Positions 1 to 9,983 are shown, numbered from the stretch's first letter. The stretch: 64,000 nt of DNA from Desulfobacterales bacterium (GCA_021737275.1 JAIPEE010000008.1:24655-88654); one strand, 5' to 3'. Made by a program: numbers and translations. The notes: generated by a model from the letters alone, not told the origin.

Positions 1-1
1 G

Positions 2-1111
2 CAGGCGATTGCCAATGAGATACAGGGCGAAATTCTTGAAGCGGTTCACGATATTGCCAGACCTACCCGAAAAAATTGCGGATCCTGTCATTTCTATGGT
101 GGTGGTGGTGATGGTGTAAAGCACGGTGATCTTGATTCTTCCATGACAAATCCCAATAAGACGCTTGATGTTCACATGGGCGTCGATGGTCAGAATTTTA
201 ATTGTACCCGTTGCCACACCACAACGCTTCATAATATCGCCGGCCGGATTTATACCCAACCGGCAGCTACAGAGCGTAAAAGCCTTGTAGATGATGATTT
301 GACATCAAAAATAACCTGCGAGTCCTGCCATACAGCGACACCGCATAAACAGGGTAATAAGGCCAATGATCATACTGATAAAGTGGCTTGTCAGAGTTGC
401 CATATCCCGGATATGGCCAGGATAAACCCCACAAAGATGTCCTGGGACTGGGCACAATCCGGTAAGCTTAATGAAGAAGGCAAACCCTATAAAACCAAGG
501 ATGAATTTGGCAAGCACGATTACATGTCTATTAAGGGCCAGATGAAGTGGGAAAAGAATGTTAAACCGGAATACTTCTGGTTTAACGGTTCCATTGCCGG
601 CTTAAGCGCCAAGGATTCCATCGATCCTTCGGGAGTTGTAAAACTCAGCCATCCGGTTGGAAACTTTGATGATCCCGGTTCCCGGATTTTTCCGTTCAAG
701 GTTCACCATGGAAATCAGCCTTATGACAAGATCAATAAAACATTGCTTGCACCCTTGCTTTCAGGCCCTGATGGCTATTGGACACATCTTGACTGGGTCA
801 AGGCGCTTACAACCGGCAACGAAATGATCGGCGTTCCTTTTTCAGGTGAATTTGATTTTGTTAAAACAACCTATGTATTTCCTACAACTCATATGGTAAC
901 GCCTAAGGAAAATGTCGTGAACTGTACGGAATGCCATACCGGTACAAACAGTCGGCTGGCTGATATCGCCGGCGTTTATATGCCGGCACGAGACAACTTC
1001 AAAATACTTGATACATTAGGCTGGCTAGTTATATTGGGATCATTTATTGGTGTAGCGTTGCATGGCATTGGCCGAATGATAGCCGGAACCAATGGCAGAA
1101 AGGGGAAATAA
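2..1111 (+). CDS. Multiheme c-type cytochrome, N-terminus outside the window (octaheme tetrathionate-reductase-family-like), with C-terminal membrane anchor
   Basis: Frame of ORF 143..1111 stays open back to base 2 (...RKNCGSCHFYGGGGDGVKHGDLDSS...). Five CxxCH motifs are visible (CGSCH, CTRCH, CESCH, CQSCH, CTECH). Hydrophobic C-terminal helix LGWLVILGSFIGVALHGI. Confidence 0.8.
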   Translation, partial: QAIANEIQGEILEAVHDIARPTRKNCGSCHFYGGGGDGVKHGDLDSSMTNPNKTLDVHMGVDGQNFNCTRCHTTTLHNIAGRIYTQPAATERKSLVDDDLTSKITCESCHTATPHKQGNKANDHTDKVACQSCHIPDMARINPTKMSWDWAQSGKLNEEGKPYKTKDEFGKHDYMSIKGQMKWEKNVKPEYFWFNGSIAGLSAKDSIDPSGVVKLSHPVGNFDDPGSRIFPFKVHHGNQPYDKINKTLLAPLLSGPDGYWTHLDWVKALTTGNEMIGVPFSGEFDFVKTTYVFPTTHMVTPKENVVNCTECHTGTNSRLADIAGVYMPARDNFKILDTLGWLVILGSFIGVALHGIGRMIAGTNGRKGK

Positions 1112-1114
1112 CTC

Positions 1115-1765
1115 ATGACATCAAAAAAAACAACTAATATATATTTATATACCCGTTATGAGCGCTTCTGGCACTGGCTGCAGATGTTTCTGATTCTTCT
1201 TTTGCTGGTTACCGGTTTTGAAGTTCATGGTGCATATACCTTTATGGGTTTTGAAACAGCCGTTACGGTTCATAATTATACCGGTCTTGCATGGTTGATT
1301 GCATTTGCCTTTTTTGTTTTCTGGGTATTTACAACCGGAGAGTGGAGACAGTATCTGCCGACAACAAGGAAGATGTTTTCAGTTATCCGATATTACGCGT
1401 TTGGTATTTTCAGGGGAGAGCCCCATCCGGTTCCCAAAAGCAAAGATGCCAAGCATAATCCTTTGCAGCGCATTGTTTATCTGCTGCTTGCCGTTACATT
1501 GCTGCCGGTCCAGATGCTTTCCGGACTTCTTTACTGGGGATATAATTCCTGGGCAGACTGGGGCATTGGATGGCTCAGCCTGAATGTGGTTGTATTTGTT
1601 CACATGGCTGCCGCTTTTTCCATTCTCTCTTTTCTTATTGTTCATGTTTACATGACAACTACCGGTCATAGTGTTACCGCCCACGTTAAGGCGATGATTA
1701 CCGGATGGGAAGATGTGGAAGAGGGGGCAATGGTTGAAGCCTGGGAACAGAAAATAAGAAAATAG
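1115..1765 (+). CDS. Membrane cytochrome b (PhsC / hydrogenase-type cytochrome b family)
   Basis: Starts 4 bp after the cytochrome c gene. RYERFWHWLQ motif near the N-terminus; four hydrophobic helices with His residues (VHGAY, VHNY, FVHM, IVHVY). Confidence 0.75.
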   Translation: MTSKKTTNIYLYTRYERFWHWLQMFLILLLLVTGFEVHGAYTFMGFETAVTVHNYTGLAWLIAFAFFVFWVFTTGEWRQYLPTTRKMFSVIRYYAFGIFRGEPHPVPKSKDAKHNPLQRIVYLLLAVTLLPVQMLSGLLYWGYNSWADWGIGWLSLNVVVFVHMAAAFSILSFLIVHVYMTTTGHSVTAHVKAMITGWEDVEEGAMVEAWEQKIRK

Positions 1766-1801
1766 AAACATTTAAATTCTTTAGATAGAGGGTTAATAGA
1801 C

Positions 1802-1843
1802 AGGGCCGTCTTACTTGTTGTAGGGCGACCCTTTTTATTTTTT
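1802..1843 (+). terminator. Candidate rho-independent terminator after the cytochrome c/b pair
   Basis: AGGGCCGTC ... GGCGACCCT stem (9 positions, one mismatch, one G-U), 13-nt loop (1811-1823), then TTTTATTTTTT. Confidence 0.5.
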
Positions 1844-2138
1844 AAATCCATATCTCCGGATAAAATGAACTTAAGATATGTTCAATTTCCTTGAAGTTTA
1901 AATGCTTATTAGCTAATAAAACTATATCTTATCAAATGATACCAAATAAACGCATAGGTGCCTGGAGGTGGGAATCTTTTCAGATTGAAGATGGAGGGCG
2001 TGTGGTGAACCATCGTGAGAAATGGATACGCTATGCACATGATTTTATGTTGCCGCCAAACCCTATTGCAGGGAGTATAACATTTATATGATGCATTCCG
2101 GGAATGTATTGAAAACACTGGATATTAAATTTAAACAT

Positions 2139-2172
2139 GTAGGATGGGTACGCTCCGCTTTGCCCATCCTAC
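2139..2172 (+). repeat. Copy A of a conserved ~30-nt hairpin element (GGATGGGyACGCTyCrCTTTGCCCATCC)
   Basis: GTAGGATGGGTA / TGCCCATCCTAC inverted repeat with a 10-nt loop, 18 nt upstream of the helicase start. About 27 of 32 positions match the copy at 6140..6166. Confidence 0.6.
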
Positions 2173-2189
2173 ATTAAATATACTACGAT

Positions 2190-3611
2190 ATGAAATTGGA
2201 CCATTATATGTCATTTGATCAACTCGGCCTTCGGGATGAACTACTTAAAGCCATCAAAACAAAGGGTTATACTAAACCCACTGCCATTCAGGCTAAAGCT
2301 ATTCCGGTTATTATTGACGGACAGGATATTCTTGCCCGCGCTCAGACCGGAACGGGAAAAACAGATGCATTCGGACTCTCTATTGTTGAAATTCTGAGTC
2401 GGCAGAGAGGCAAAGAACGGCAACCCCGTGCGCTTGTCCTGACGCCTACGAGGGAACTGGCGCTTCAGGTGGGAGAGAGCATCAAAGAATACGCAAGAAG
2501 GGTTTCACTTCGATGTACTGTGGTTTATGGCGGTGTTCGAATTGATCCTCAGATCGATCGTCTGAAGCGCGGAATCGATATTCTTGTAGCCACGCCGGGC
2601 CGATTGTTGGATCTTGTCGGACACAGACATGTTAAACTTTCCAATTTAGAGTTTCTGGTTTTTGATGAAGCAGACAGAATGCTGGACCTCGGATTTAGTG
2701 AGGAAATTTCTGAGATTCTCTATCATATTCCGGCCCAACGCAGGACAATGCTTTTTTCTGCCACCTATACCCGGCAAATTCGGAATCTTGCCGCAAAAAT
2801 GCTAAAGGATCCAAAATTTATTGAAGTGACGCCAAGGACTACGGCTGCAGAATCGATTGTCCAGAAGGTTCACCTGGTGGATCAATCAAATAAAAGAGCG
2901 CTTCTTATTCACCTGATTACCAGTGGAGGCTGGAAACGGGTACTGGTCTTTACCCGAACAAGACATGGGGCAAATAAGCTTACGGAAAAACTTGTTGCGC
3001 AGAAACTAAGTGCCGAAGTGCTTCATAGCAGTAAAAGCCAGTCTTTTCGGACACGTACCCTTAAATCATTCAAGAGTGATGAGATCCGGGTTCTTGTGGC
3101 AACTGATGTGGCGGCAAGGGGGTTGGATATCATTAACCTGCCTATTGTGATTAACTATGATACGCCTTCCGTTCCTGAAGATTATGTCCATCGTATTGGT
3201 CGAACCGGCCGTGCAGGTGTAAGTGGTATTGCTGTTTCTCTGGTCAGCCACAATGAAAAGCCTTATCTGCGGGCTATTGAGAAACTGTTGAAACAGAAGA
3301 TTCCGGTTGAAAAGGTTGATGGCTTTACCGCTGACAGCGTCGTTCCGGAATATGTTCTTTTTCGTCCTGACAGTGCGGCCATTGAAAAAATGACAGATAA
3401 GGACATAAAAGATATGGTTCTTAAAAGAGATACTTCAAAAGAGGAATTAAAAGCCCGAAAAGCGAAACCGAAAGATTCCGGGAAAAGATCGGGGTCTGTT
3501 TCAAGACCTATCTCCGGCAGAAAAAAAAAGAAGACAGGAAACAAAACAACAAAATCAGGATCACGCTCTTCCAAGGCTTCCAATCGAGGAAAAACCCGGA
3601 ATAGAAGATAG
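2190..3611 (+). CDS. rhlE: DEAD-box ATP-dependent RNA helicase (RhlE-like) with Lys/Arg/Ser-rich C-terminal tail
   Basis: Motifs AQTGTGKT, PTRELA, VFDEADRMLD, SAT, HRIGRTGRAG. Basic low-complexity tail. The true start may be Met7 (2208). Confidence 0.9.
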   Translation: MKLDHYMSFDQLGLRDELLKAIKTKGYTKPTAIQAKAIPVIIDGQDILARAQTGTGKTDAFGLSIVEILSRQRGKERQPRALVLTPTRELALQVGESIKEYARRVSLRCTVVYGGVRIDPQIDRLKRGIDILVATPGRLLDLVGHRHVKLSNLEFLVFDEADRMLDLGFSEEISEILYHIPAQRRTMLFSATYTRQIRNLAAKMLKDPKFIEVTPRTTAAESIVQKVHLVDQSNKRALLIHLITSGGWKRVLVFTRTRHGANKLTEKLVAQKLSAEVLHSSKSQSFRTRTLKSFKSDEIRVLVATDVAARGLDIINLPIVINYDTPSVPEDYVHRIGRTGRAGVSGIAVSLVSHNEKPYLRAIEKLLKQKIPVEKVDGFTADSVVPEYVLFRPDSAAIEKMTDKDIKDMVLKRDTSKEELKARKAKPKDSGKRSGSVSRPISGRKKKKTGNKTTKSGSRSSKASNRGKTRNRR

Positions 3612-3656
3612 CCAATATTTATTACAAGACGTGAATTCAAGAGATAATTTAAGGCA

Positions 3657-3974
3657 TTGATGATACATATTTTTTTACATTTTTTAATCCCGGCCATTGT
3701 CGTTGGCTTATTTTTTCGGCAGAATTGGAAAACCGGATATTTTATCATGATCTCCACAATGCTTGTAGACCTTGACCACCTGTTAGCAAGTCCGGTATAT
3801 GATTCGTGTCGTTGCAGTATCGGTTTTCATCCGTTACATGGCCTTATACCCATAGCCATATATGCGTTGCTTTGTTTTATACCAAAATCACGTTATGTCG
3901 GCCTCGGGCTGGTGATTCATATGATGCTGGATGCTGTAGATTGTCAGATAACAAATGGCGTATGGTGTGTTTAA
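3657..3974 (+). CDS. Small membrane protein, DUF6122-like
   Basis: HxFLHFLIP...VDLDHLLA...CSIGFHPLH...MLDAVDC pattern and three hydrophobic segments. Family recalled from memory. Confidence 0.6.
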   Translation: MMIHIFLHFLIPAIVVGLFFRQNWKTGYFIMISTMLVDLDHLLASPVYDSCRCSIGFHPLHGLIPIAIYALLCFIPKSRYVGLGLVIHMMLDAVDCQITNGVWCV

Positions 3975-4094
3975 TCCATTATGTAAATAAAAAGATAAAT
4001 AAAATCTGTAGCCCTGGTAGTATGATGATCTCAATTGTTCAGGAATTCTTAAAAAAATTAAATAGTTTAAACAATTAATATTAAGGAAACGTTT

Positions 4095-4562
4095 ATGACT
4101 AATAATGATATTTTACGCCGGATTCGCTACACGTTCGACTATGATGACTCGAAGATGATGGCTATTTTCGCTATGGCTGATCATGAGGTAACCCGATCAC
4201 AAATCAGTGACTGGCTTAAAAAAGATGACGACCCCGCATATCATGAATGCACTGATACCGAGCTGGCGATTTTTTTAAATGGTCTTATTACTGCAAAACG
4301 CGGTAAAAAAGACGGTCCGCCGCATCCGCCGGAGCGGCGGTTAAATAACAATATTGTTTTCAGAAAATTAAAAATTGCACTAAATCTGAAAGCAGAAGAT
4401 GTGCTGGCAATTATGAACCTTGCTGATTTGCATATGAGCAAGCATGAATTAAGTGCGTTTTTTCGTAAACCGGGTCATAAAAATTACCGGGACTGTAACG
4501 ATCAGATTCTGCGTAAATTTCTAAAAGGTGTGCAGCTAAAATATTGCCAAAACAATAATTAA
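4095..4562 (+). CDS. DUF1456 family protein (YehS-like)
   Basis: Two repeated ~70-aa units: NNDILRRIRYTFDYDDSKMMAIF and NNIVFRKLKIALNLKAEDVLAIM. AAGGAA RBS upstream. Confidence 0.7.
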   Translation: MTNNDILRRIRYTFDYDDSKMMAIFAMADHEVTRSQISDWLKKDDDPAYHECTDTELAIFLNGLITAKRGKKDGPPHPPERRLNNNIVFRKLKIALNLKAEDVLAIMNLADLHMSKHELSAFFRKPGHKNYRDCNDQILRKFLKGVQLKYCQNNN

Positions 4563-4705
4563 AAAGGAAATTAATATGCGTGGGATTATATTTTTAATCG
4601 GAGTGATTGATCATGATGAGTGGCATTAATGCTTTTAAAAACATAACGATGGCCATATGGATTAAAACCTGAGTGAAAATGAATGTATCAGCAAAAGGAC
4701 ATGAA

Positions 4706-5164
4706 ATGAAAATATGGGTAGATGCAGATGCATGTCCTGTGGTGATAAAAGAAATCTTATTCAGAGCGGCAGAGCGTAACGGACTGCAGCTGACGCTTGT
4801 AGCAAATCAGTCAATGCGTATACCGCCATCACGATTTATTAAAATGCTTCAGGTCGCATCCGGTTTTGATGAAGCTGACAAAGAGATTGTTAAATTACTT
4901 AATGCCGGTGACCTTGTCATCACAGGCGATATCCCTTTGGCGGCAGACGTGATTGAAAAAGGCGGTTATGCGCTTAATCCGCGAGGTGATCTGTATTCTG
5001 CTGAGAATATCAGAGAGCGTCTGAATATGAGAGATTTTATGGACACAATGCGAGCCGGCGGAATAGAAACGGGCGGCCCATCTCCGCTAAGTCAAAGAGA
5101 TCGAAATATTTTTGCGAATAATCTTGATAAATTGTTAACAAAGTGCACAAAAGAGAGTCAGTAA
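4706..5164 (+). CDS. YaiI/YqxD family protein (UPF0178/DUF188)
   Basis: [17 protein letters not shown]... N-terminus. Start moved to ATG 4706, preceded by AAAGGA. Confidence 0.75.
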   Translation: MKIWVDADACPVVIKEILFRAAERNGLQLTLVANQSMRIPPSRFIKMLQVASGFDEADKEIVKLLNAGDLVITGDIPLAADVIEKGGYALNPRGDLYSAENIRERLNMRDFMDTMRAGGIETGGPSPLSQRDRNIFANNLDKLLTKCTKESQ

Positions 5165-5392
5165 ATTTTTTCATAAAGAATCGGTGACACCTCCTTGGCC
5201 TTTGCCTAATCATGAGTCTTATCGATATTATTTCGTATCGTTTTCAGGATGAACCCGGAAAATTGTTGTGAAGGGTTGTCGTGGAAAAAATCAATTGTCT
5301 TGATCCGGCTAATTCAAGTGGCTCGTTTCAAGCTGATTTGTTTTGATACTGATTTAGTGAACCAAACAACAGAAAATACAGGAGAAGAGAAC

Positions 5393-5944
5393 ATGACAGA
5401 TTGTACAAAAGTGACGCTATACACGGGCGGTCACAAAGGGGCGGAGGCAGAATTTTTAAAACTTGCTGATACAACTGGAATCAACAAGGTTATTTATTCA
5501 TTTGAGGGACACAATGCAGCGTGTTTTGATGGTGCTCAAATTTTAAATTCCGAAGAGCTGAAAAAGGGTGATATCAGCATGGAGATTATCTCCAAGCTGA
5601 TGGGGCGAACTTATTCAAAAGCTGATAAGATCCGAAAGGTTATTCAATCAATTTTTCATATGGTCAACAGTGGATATCATGTGGTTGCTATTGGCTGGAT
5701 TCAGCCTGATGGAACCGTAAAGGGTGGAACAGGCTGGGGCGTTGAACTGGCGAAGCTTTTCAATCGTCCGTTGAGCGTATTTGATCAGGATAAAAAGGGC
5801 TGGTTCTCCTGGAAGGATAAACAATGGGTTGAGGATTCACCGATAATAACCACTGAAACCTTTGCCGGTACCGGCACCCGAAACCTGACTGATGATGGCT
5901 GCAAAGCCCTTCGTGATCTTTTTGAACGATCATTTTGCTCGTGA
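5393..5944 (+). CDS. Hypothetical protein, possible Rossmann-like LOG/DprA (SLOG) superfamily member
   Basis: Start moved to ATG 5393, after GGAGAAGAG. Gly-rich motifs TGGHKGAEAEF (N-terminal) and KGGTGWGVELAK (about residue 115) resemble LOG GGGxxG / PGGxGTxxE spacing. Confidence 0.45.
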   Translation: MTDCTKVTLYTGGHKGAEAEFLKLADTTGINKVIYSFEGHNAACFDGAQILNSEELKKGDISMEIISKLMGRTYSKADKIRKVIQSIFHMVNSGYHVVAIGWIQPDGTVKGGTGWGVELAKLFNRPLSVFDQDKKGWFSWKDKQWVEDSPIITTETFAGTGTRNLTDDGCKALRDLFERSFCS

Positions 5945-6139
5945 AAATAAGAATCTGAGACCAGTTGTCAATTTTCAACATTTCAACCGCCCCTTGCCTC
6001 TTTTTATTGGGGCATGGCGGCGGGATGAAATAAATATTTTTGACGGCGACAGCCTGTATATGAATGTTTAGGATGGATAGAACAGCTTGTGCCCATTATT
6101 TTTTATTCCACGCCTTACATATAAAGTATTATTTCTTTT

Positions 6140-6166
6140 GATGGGCACGCTTCACTTTGCCCATCC
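6140..6166 (+). repeat. Copy B of the GGATGGG...TGCCCATCC hairpin element, with a degenerate third copy at 6069..6095
   Basis: GATGGGCA CGCTTCACTT TGCCCATC perfect 8-bp stem. AGGATGGATAGAACAGCTTGTGCCCAT about 70 bp upstream shares both arms. Confidence 0.6.
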
Positions 6167-6193
6167 TGTAAACGTACTGCAATATATTTACGG

Positions 6194-7750
6194 TCACCAG
6201 TCAATCGGTTGATAGTCTTTCAAAAACTTCCCGGACCAGTGCTTTCCGGTTAAAATGCCGTCAAAAAACGGATCACAAACTCTGGCGGCCCCGTCGACAA
6301 TATCTAAGGGCGGCTGGAAATCGTGGACTTTCTGTTTTAGAGAGGCTAACACTGCCGGATCTTCATCTGTTACCCAACCCGTGTCCACGGCGTTGATAAA
6401 TATGCCATCTTTGGCAAGATCCTGTGCAGCGGTATGCGTCAGCATATTAAGAGCCGCCTTGGCCATATTGGTATGCGGGTGACGTGATGCCTGTTTAAAG
6501 CGGTTAAATTTGCCCTCCATCGCACTGACATTCACAATATGCTTCTGGCCCGTATAATCTTTTTTCATTAGCGGCAACAGACGGTTGCACAGTACAAAAG
6601 GCGCTACGGCATTTACCAGTTGAACCTCCAGCATTTCAGGGGCCTGTATTTCTCCAAGACATAACCGCCAGCTATTTGTTTTTCTTAAATCAACCTGCTG
6701 CAGATCCATATCTAATTTGCCTTCGGGAAAGACCTCTTTTGTCGGAAGAGAATTATCATATGCATAGGGAATCTGGGATAATTGTGCGGATGCACGGATA
6801 CCGATTCCCGGACCCTGGCCATGCCAGGCAACAGGAAGTTCAGACGATGGCACCGCCTGACTGTCACACACCGCATCAAGCTGTTTTTTGAAAGCTGTAT
6901 ATCCTCCGATAATGGATTGCACTTTTTCGGAAAGGGTTTTGGGATCAACATTTTCATTGTCCATGAGGTGCGCGTAAAATCCGGGTGGCCTGCGAACAGT
7001 CTGGGCAGCATTATTAATAAGGATATCCAGGCGATGGTATTTATGTTCTATGTGAGATGTAAAAATTTCAACACTGGGTGTATGTCGTAAATCCAACCCA
7101 TAAATCTGCAAACGTGAACCCCATTGAGAAAAATCCGACTCTTTTGAATATCGAAGAGCTGAGTCTACAGGAAATCGTGTAGTTGCAATGACGGTAGCGC
7201 CTGCACGAAGCATCATTAAAGATGCCTGATAACCGATTTTCAGGCGCGAACCGGTGATCAGCGCAACTTTTCCATTCAGGGATGCTGTCTGGAACCGTTT
7301 TTGATAGTTGAAATCGCCGCAGCGTTTACACATGGTATCATAAAAGAAATGCAGGCGTGTAAATTCATCTTTGCAGACATAGCAATTTCTGGGTGAATTT
7401 AACGTTCGCTCTTTATTACTTTCAGCGGCATCAACGTTTGTAATTTGAAGCGGTGCCTTATAAATATCCGTATCTCTGGCAGTGCGGATACCGGTAGCAG
7501 CTCTGGCGGTCCGTTCTTTTTTCATTAACAGTTGCCGGCGTAAAAAGTTCTTGTGTTTTCGCCGTTTGTTGATTTCTTCACGGCTGGGTCTGGAAAGCTT
7601 TCCGGCAGCAGTTAGAAGGGCCAACCGTTTATCTTCCGGCAAATATGCAAGCTGTTCACTATTTTTAGACAGATCTTCAAGTAAAGAGATCAAATGATCA
7701 ATATCTTTTTGCGTATGATTAAAATCAACTATCTCAGGGTTTTGATCCAT
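6194..7750 (-). CDS. SDR-family oxidoreductase with ~160-aa N-terminal extension containing a CxxC...CxxC zinc-ribbon-like motif
   Basis: [14 protein letters not shown] (dinucleotide-binding site), [17 protein letters not shown] (YxxxK-type position). N-terminal CYVCKDEF...[12 protein letters not shown]. Confidence 0.8.
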   Translation of the reverse strand: MDQNPEIVDFNHTQKDIDHLISLLEDLSKNSEQLAYLPEDKRLALLTAAGKLSRPSREEINKRRKHKNFLRRQLLMKKERTARAATGIRTARDTDIYKAPLQITNVDAAESNKERTLNSPRNCYVCKDEFTRLHFFYDTMCKRCGDFNYQKRFQTASLNGKVALITGSRLKIGYQASLMMLRAGATVIATTRFPVDSALRYSKESDFSQWGSRLQIYGLDLRHTPSVEIFTSHIEHKYHRLDILINNAAQTVRRPPGFYAHLMDNENVDPKTLSEKVQSIIGGYTAFKKQLDAVCDSQAVPSSELPVAWHGQGPGIGIRASAQLSQIPYAYDNSLPTKEVFPEGKLDMDLQQVDLRKTNSWRLCLGEIQAPEMLEVQLVNAVAPFVLCNRLLPLMKKDYTGQKHIVNVSAMEGKFNRFKQASRHPHTNMAKAALNMLTHTAAQDLAKDGIFINAVDTGWVTDEDPAVLASLKQKVHDFQPPLDIVDGAARVCDPFFDGILTGKHWSGKFLKDYQPIDW

Positions 7751-7953
7751 TGCAGTATCCCATATTTATGCCGCTTTTTTACAACGTATTTTAAAAAAAT
7801 CGATAAACTATACGTTGTTGAATTTAAAATTACAATTTCTGTTTACAGAAGAGGATGATTTAATCTAAAATATCGTGATAAAAAAAGATGTTATCGCTCT
7901 GAATATATATGGGCATCTCTATAAATTTACGGGCCTTTACTAAAGGAGGTTTT

Positions 7954-8448
7954 ATGACAGAGATATTTGTTCCGGAAGATTTTGAAATTCCTGAATCATT
8001 GGTCACAGATCAGTATTGCCTGCAAATTCTTGAACCAGGCGTTGCAGGGCTTGATTATGATGCTGTAATGTCGAGTAAGCAACGATTGAGACAGGTCTTT
8101 CGCAAAGATGACAAATGGCCGGCAGATGACATGTCTCTTGAATTTAATATTAATGATTTAAAGCAACATGAAGCGGAATTTCATGCCCGTAAAGCGTTTG
8201 CTTATACAGTGCTTTCTCCGCGTAAAGACAGATGTGTCGGATGTGTTTATATCTATCCTTGTTCTCTTCCGGAATATGATTGCGAAGTCTTTTTATGGGT
8301 AAGGTCAAGTGAGGCAGATCTTGATAATGAACTTTATACCACTGTACATAAGTGGTTGAAAGCGTATTGGCCATTTAAAAATGTTGTTTTTCCGGGAAGA
8401 GAGATTCCCTGGGAAAATTGGAAAGGTAAATTCATATTTGAAAATTGA
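7954..8448 (+). CDS. Putative GNAT-like N-acetyltransferase
   Basis: Start moved to ATG 7954, after AAAGGAGG. DYDAVMSS...NDLKQHEAEFHARKAFAYTVL...CVGCVYIYP pattern recalled from proteins annotated GNAT. Confidence 0.5.
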   Translation: MTEIFVPEDFEIPESLVTDQYCLQILEPGVAGLDYDAVMSSKQRLRQVFRKDDKWPADDMSLEFNINDLKQHEAEFHARKAFAYTVLSPRKDRCVGCVYIYPCSLPEYDCEVFLWVRSSEADLDNELYTTVHKWLKAYWPFKNVVFPGREIPWENWKGKFIFEN

Positions 8449-8543
8449 AGTTACAGCAATATGATAAAAGAGAGGATTTTTCTTTATTTCACATCGTATT
8501 GTATTAAATCATGAATGCAAAATCATATTTTCTCATCCGGCAT

Positions 8544-9983
8544 TTAATTTTTCAAACTTTGCTCAAGATCCTTTTCAATATATTCAAAAAAAGGGTTATA
8601 TCTCAACCGCATTAAGAGTGTAATGGGAATCCGTAAAACGTCCCGTTCACCGCGAGCTTCCAAATTTCCCAGCGTGTGCAACTCATGAGAGCCGGCACCA
8701 TAGACCGGGTCATTTTTAGAAAAGGGAATGGCGACATGAGACAGGGAATAGATACCACGTGGCCAGGAAAGATCTGATGGTCGCTTCAGCCATTCTGATT
8801 GTCCGGGCAGACGGTGATGTATCATAATTTCGGCTGATTCTTTATTTGTTATCAAAATGAGCTCAAATTTTAAATTTGAACGTTCAAGAAAGGCGTTCAA
8901 TTGCGTGTCATAAAGGTTTTTAAGAAATGGTTCCATTTCAGCTGTATGGTTCACGTCAAACATTACAAGCTTGCTGTTGTTCTCCGGCAATTTATCATAA
9001 AGCCGGTTAATAATTGCCTGAATAGGAACTGTTGCATCAACAGCCGAGACATAGGTCACAACAGACGGGAAATTACCCATTAAATCTTTATTCTGAAATT
9101 TACTAATTCGTGATGTTATTGAAGAGGTAAGGCGGTAAATCTGATAACCTGCGTTTGTTGGAAAAGAATTATATTTGAATGGATCATATTCAGGTAAAAT
9201 ATCAAGCCACCCAAGTTTTTCAAGTCCGGGCAGCCGGCTCAGAAGAAGCTGGAATTTCGATATAAAAGCAAGTTTGGTTACGCCTATAGCAGGGGAGAAC
9301 AAAAAAAGCCCATCCGGACACGGAAGTTCGGACGCTTCAATACTATCTAACGTGTACTCAATGGAAAGTGCCGCTCCATTCGAATAGCCTGCAAGGAAGA
9401 ACTTACCGTTTTTACCTGCCTTTTCAGCAGCATAAACAGCAGCCAGACGAACAGCTGCAGACCAGTCTTTCCATCGTGATTCGGCAAGCGAACCCGGTGT
9501 TGTCCCATGTCCTGGAAGCCTTAATACTAAAGCATTATATCCCTGGTTTGCAAAAAATTCAGCGATACTATGCATGCTGTACGGAGAATCGGAAAGGCCG
9601 TGCAGTAACAGAATAGCACCTTTGGGGTTTTCTACTTCAAAAAAATAACTACGATTCCAGTTTTTCGTAAATGAGGAAGGATATACGTCACTATGCCGAT
9701 TAAACCGATTTATGGGGTCCGGACTATTTTCAGATACCTTATTTACAACCCTTTCTTTAAGTTCTTCGAAAAGACGATCCTCACGTTCAAAATATGCGCT
9801 TAAATCAGTATCAGGTGTTGAAGCATCAAACTCTTTTTCAAGAACAGTTCTGTGCCAGAGGTTAAGATCCTGTTTTGATCGATAAGATTGTATATAAAGT
9901 GTCAGGCCGGCAACAATTACGCCTGAAATCATTATACTTAAAATTACAACAATACGCTTAATGAGCGTGGTGTTTAAATTCAT
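8544..9983 (-). CDS. Membrane-anchored alpha/beta hydrolase (lysophospholipase-like)
   Basis: N-terminal TM helix, LLLHGLSDSPYSM, nucleophile elbow GYSNG. Confidence 0.8.
   Translation of the reverse strand: MNLNTTLIKRIVVILSIMISGVIVAGLTLYIQSYRSKQDLNLWHRTVLEKEFDASTPDTDLSAYFEREDRLFEELKERVVNKVSENSPDPINRFNRHSDVYPSSFTKNWNRSYFFEVENPKGAILLLHGLSDSPYSMHSIAEFFANQGYNALVLRLPGHGTTPGSLAESRWKDWSAAVRLAAVYAAEKAGKNGKFFLAGYSNGAALSIEYTLDSIEASELPCPDGLFLFSPAIGVTKLAFISKFQLLLSRLPGLEKLGWLDILPEYDPFKYNSFPTNAGYQIYRLTSSITSRISKFQNKDLMGNFPSVVTYVSAVDATVPIQAIINRLYDKLPENNSKLVMFDVNHTAEMEPFLKNLYDTQLNAFLERSNLKFELILITNKESAEIMIHHRLPGQSEWLKRPSDLSWPRGIYSLSHVAIPFSKNDPVYGAGSHELHTLGNLEARGERDVLRIPITLLMRLRYNPFFEYIEKDLEQSLKN

Noticed and set aside
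1891-2091. 66-aa TTG-start ORF in the gap before the helicase gene
   Set aside because: It has no RBS, a non-ATG start and no recognisable motif. The region is more likely the promoter/5'-UTR of the helicase gene. It cannot be excluded as a small protein or gene remnant without homology data.
3263-3757. 164-aa minus-strand ORF overlapping the 3' end of the DEAD-box helicase gene
   Set aside because: It lies antisense to the helicase's Lys/Arg/Ser-rich low-complexity tail, which keeps the reverse frame free of stops. It has no motifs and no RBS, and the helicase call is strong.
4576-4629. 17-codon ORF (MRGIIFLIGVIDHDEWH) with an upstream AAGGAA, between the DUF1456 and YaiI genes
   Set aside because: It is too short to support without conservation or ribosome-profiling evidence and is probably fortuitous.
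5249-5392. 48-codon N-terminal extension of the SLOG-like ORF given in the ORF track
   Set aside because: The internal ATG 5393 has a proper GGAGAAGAG RBS and begins the conserved-looking domain. The extension is Cys/Leu-rich with no RBS.
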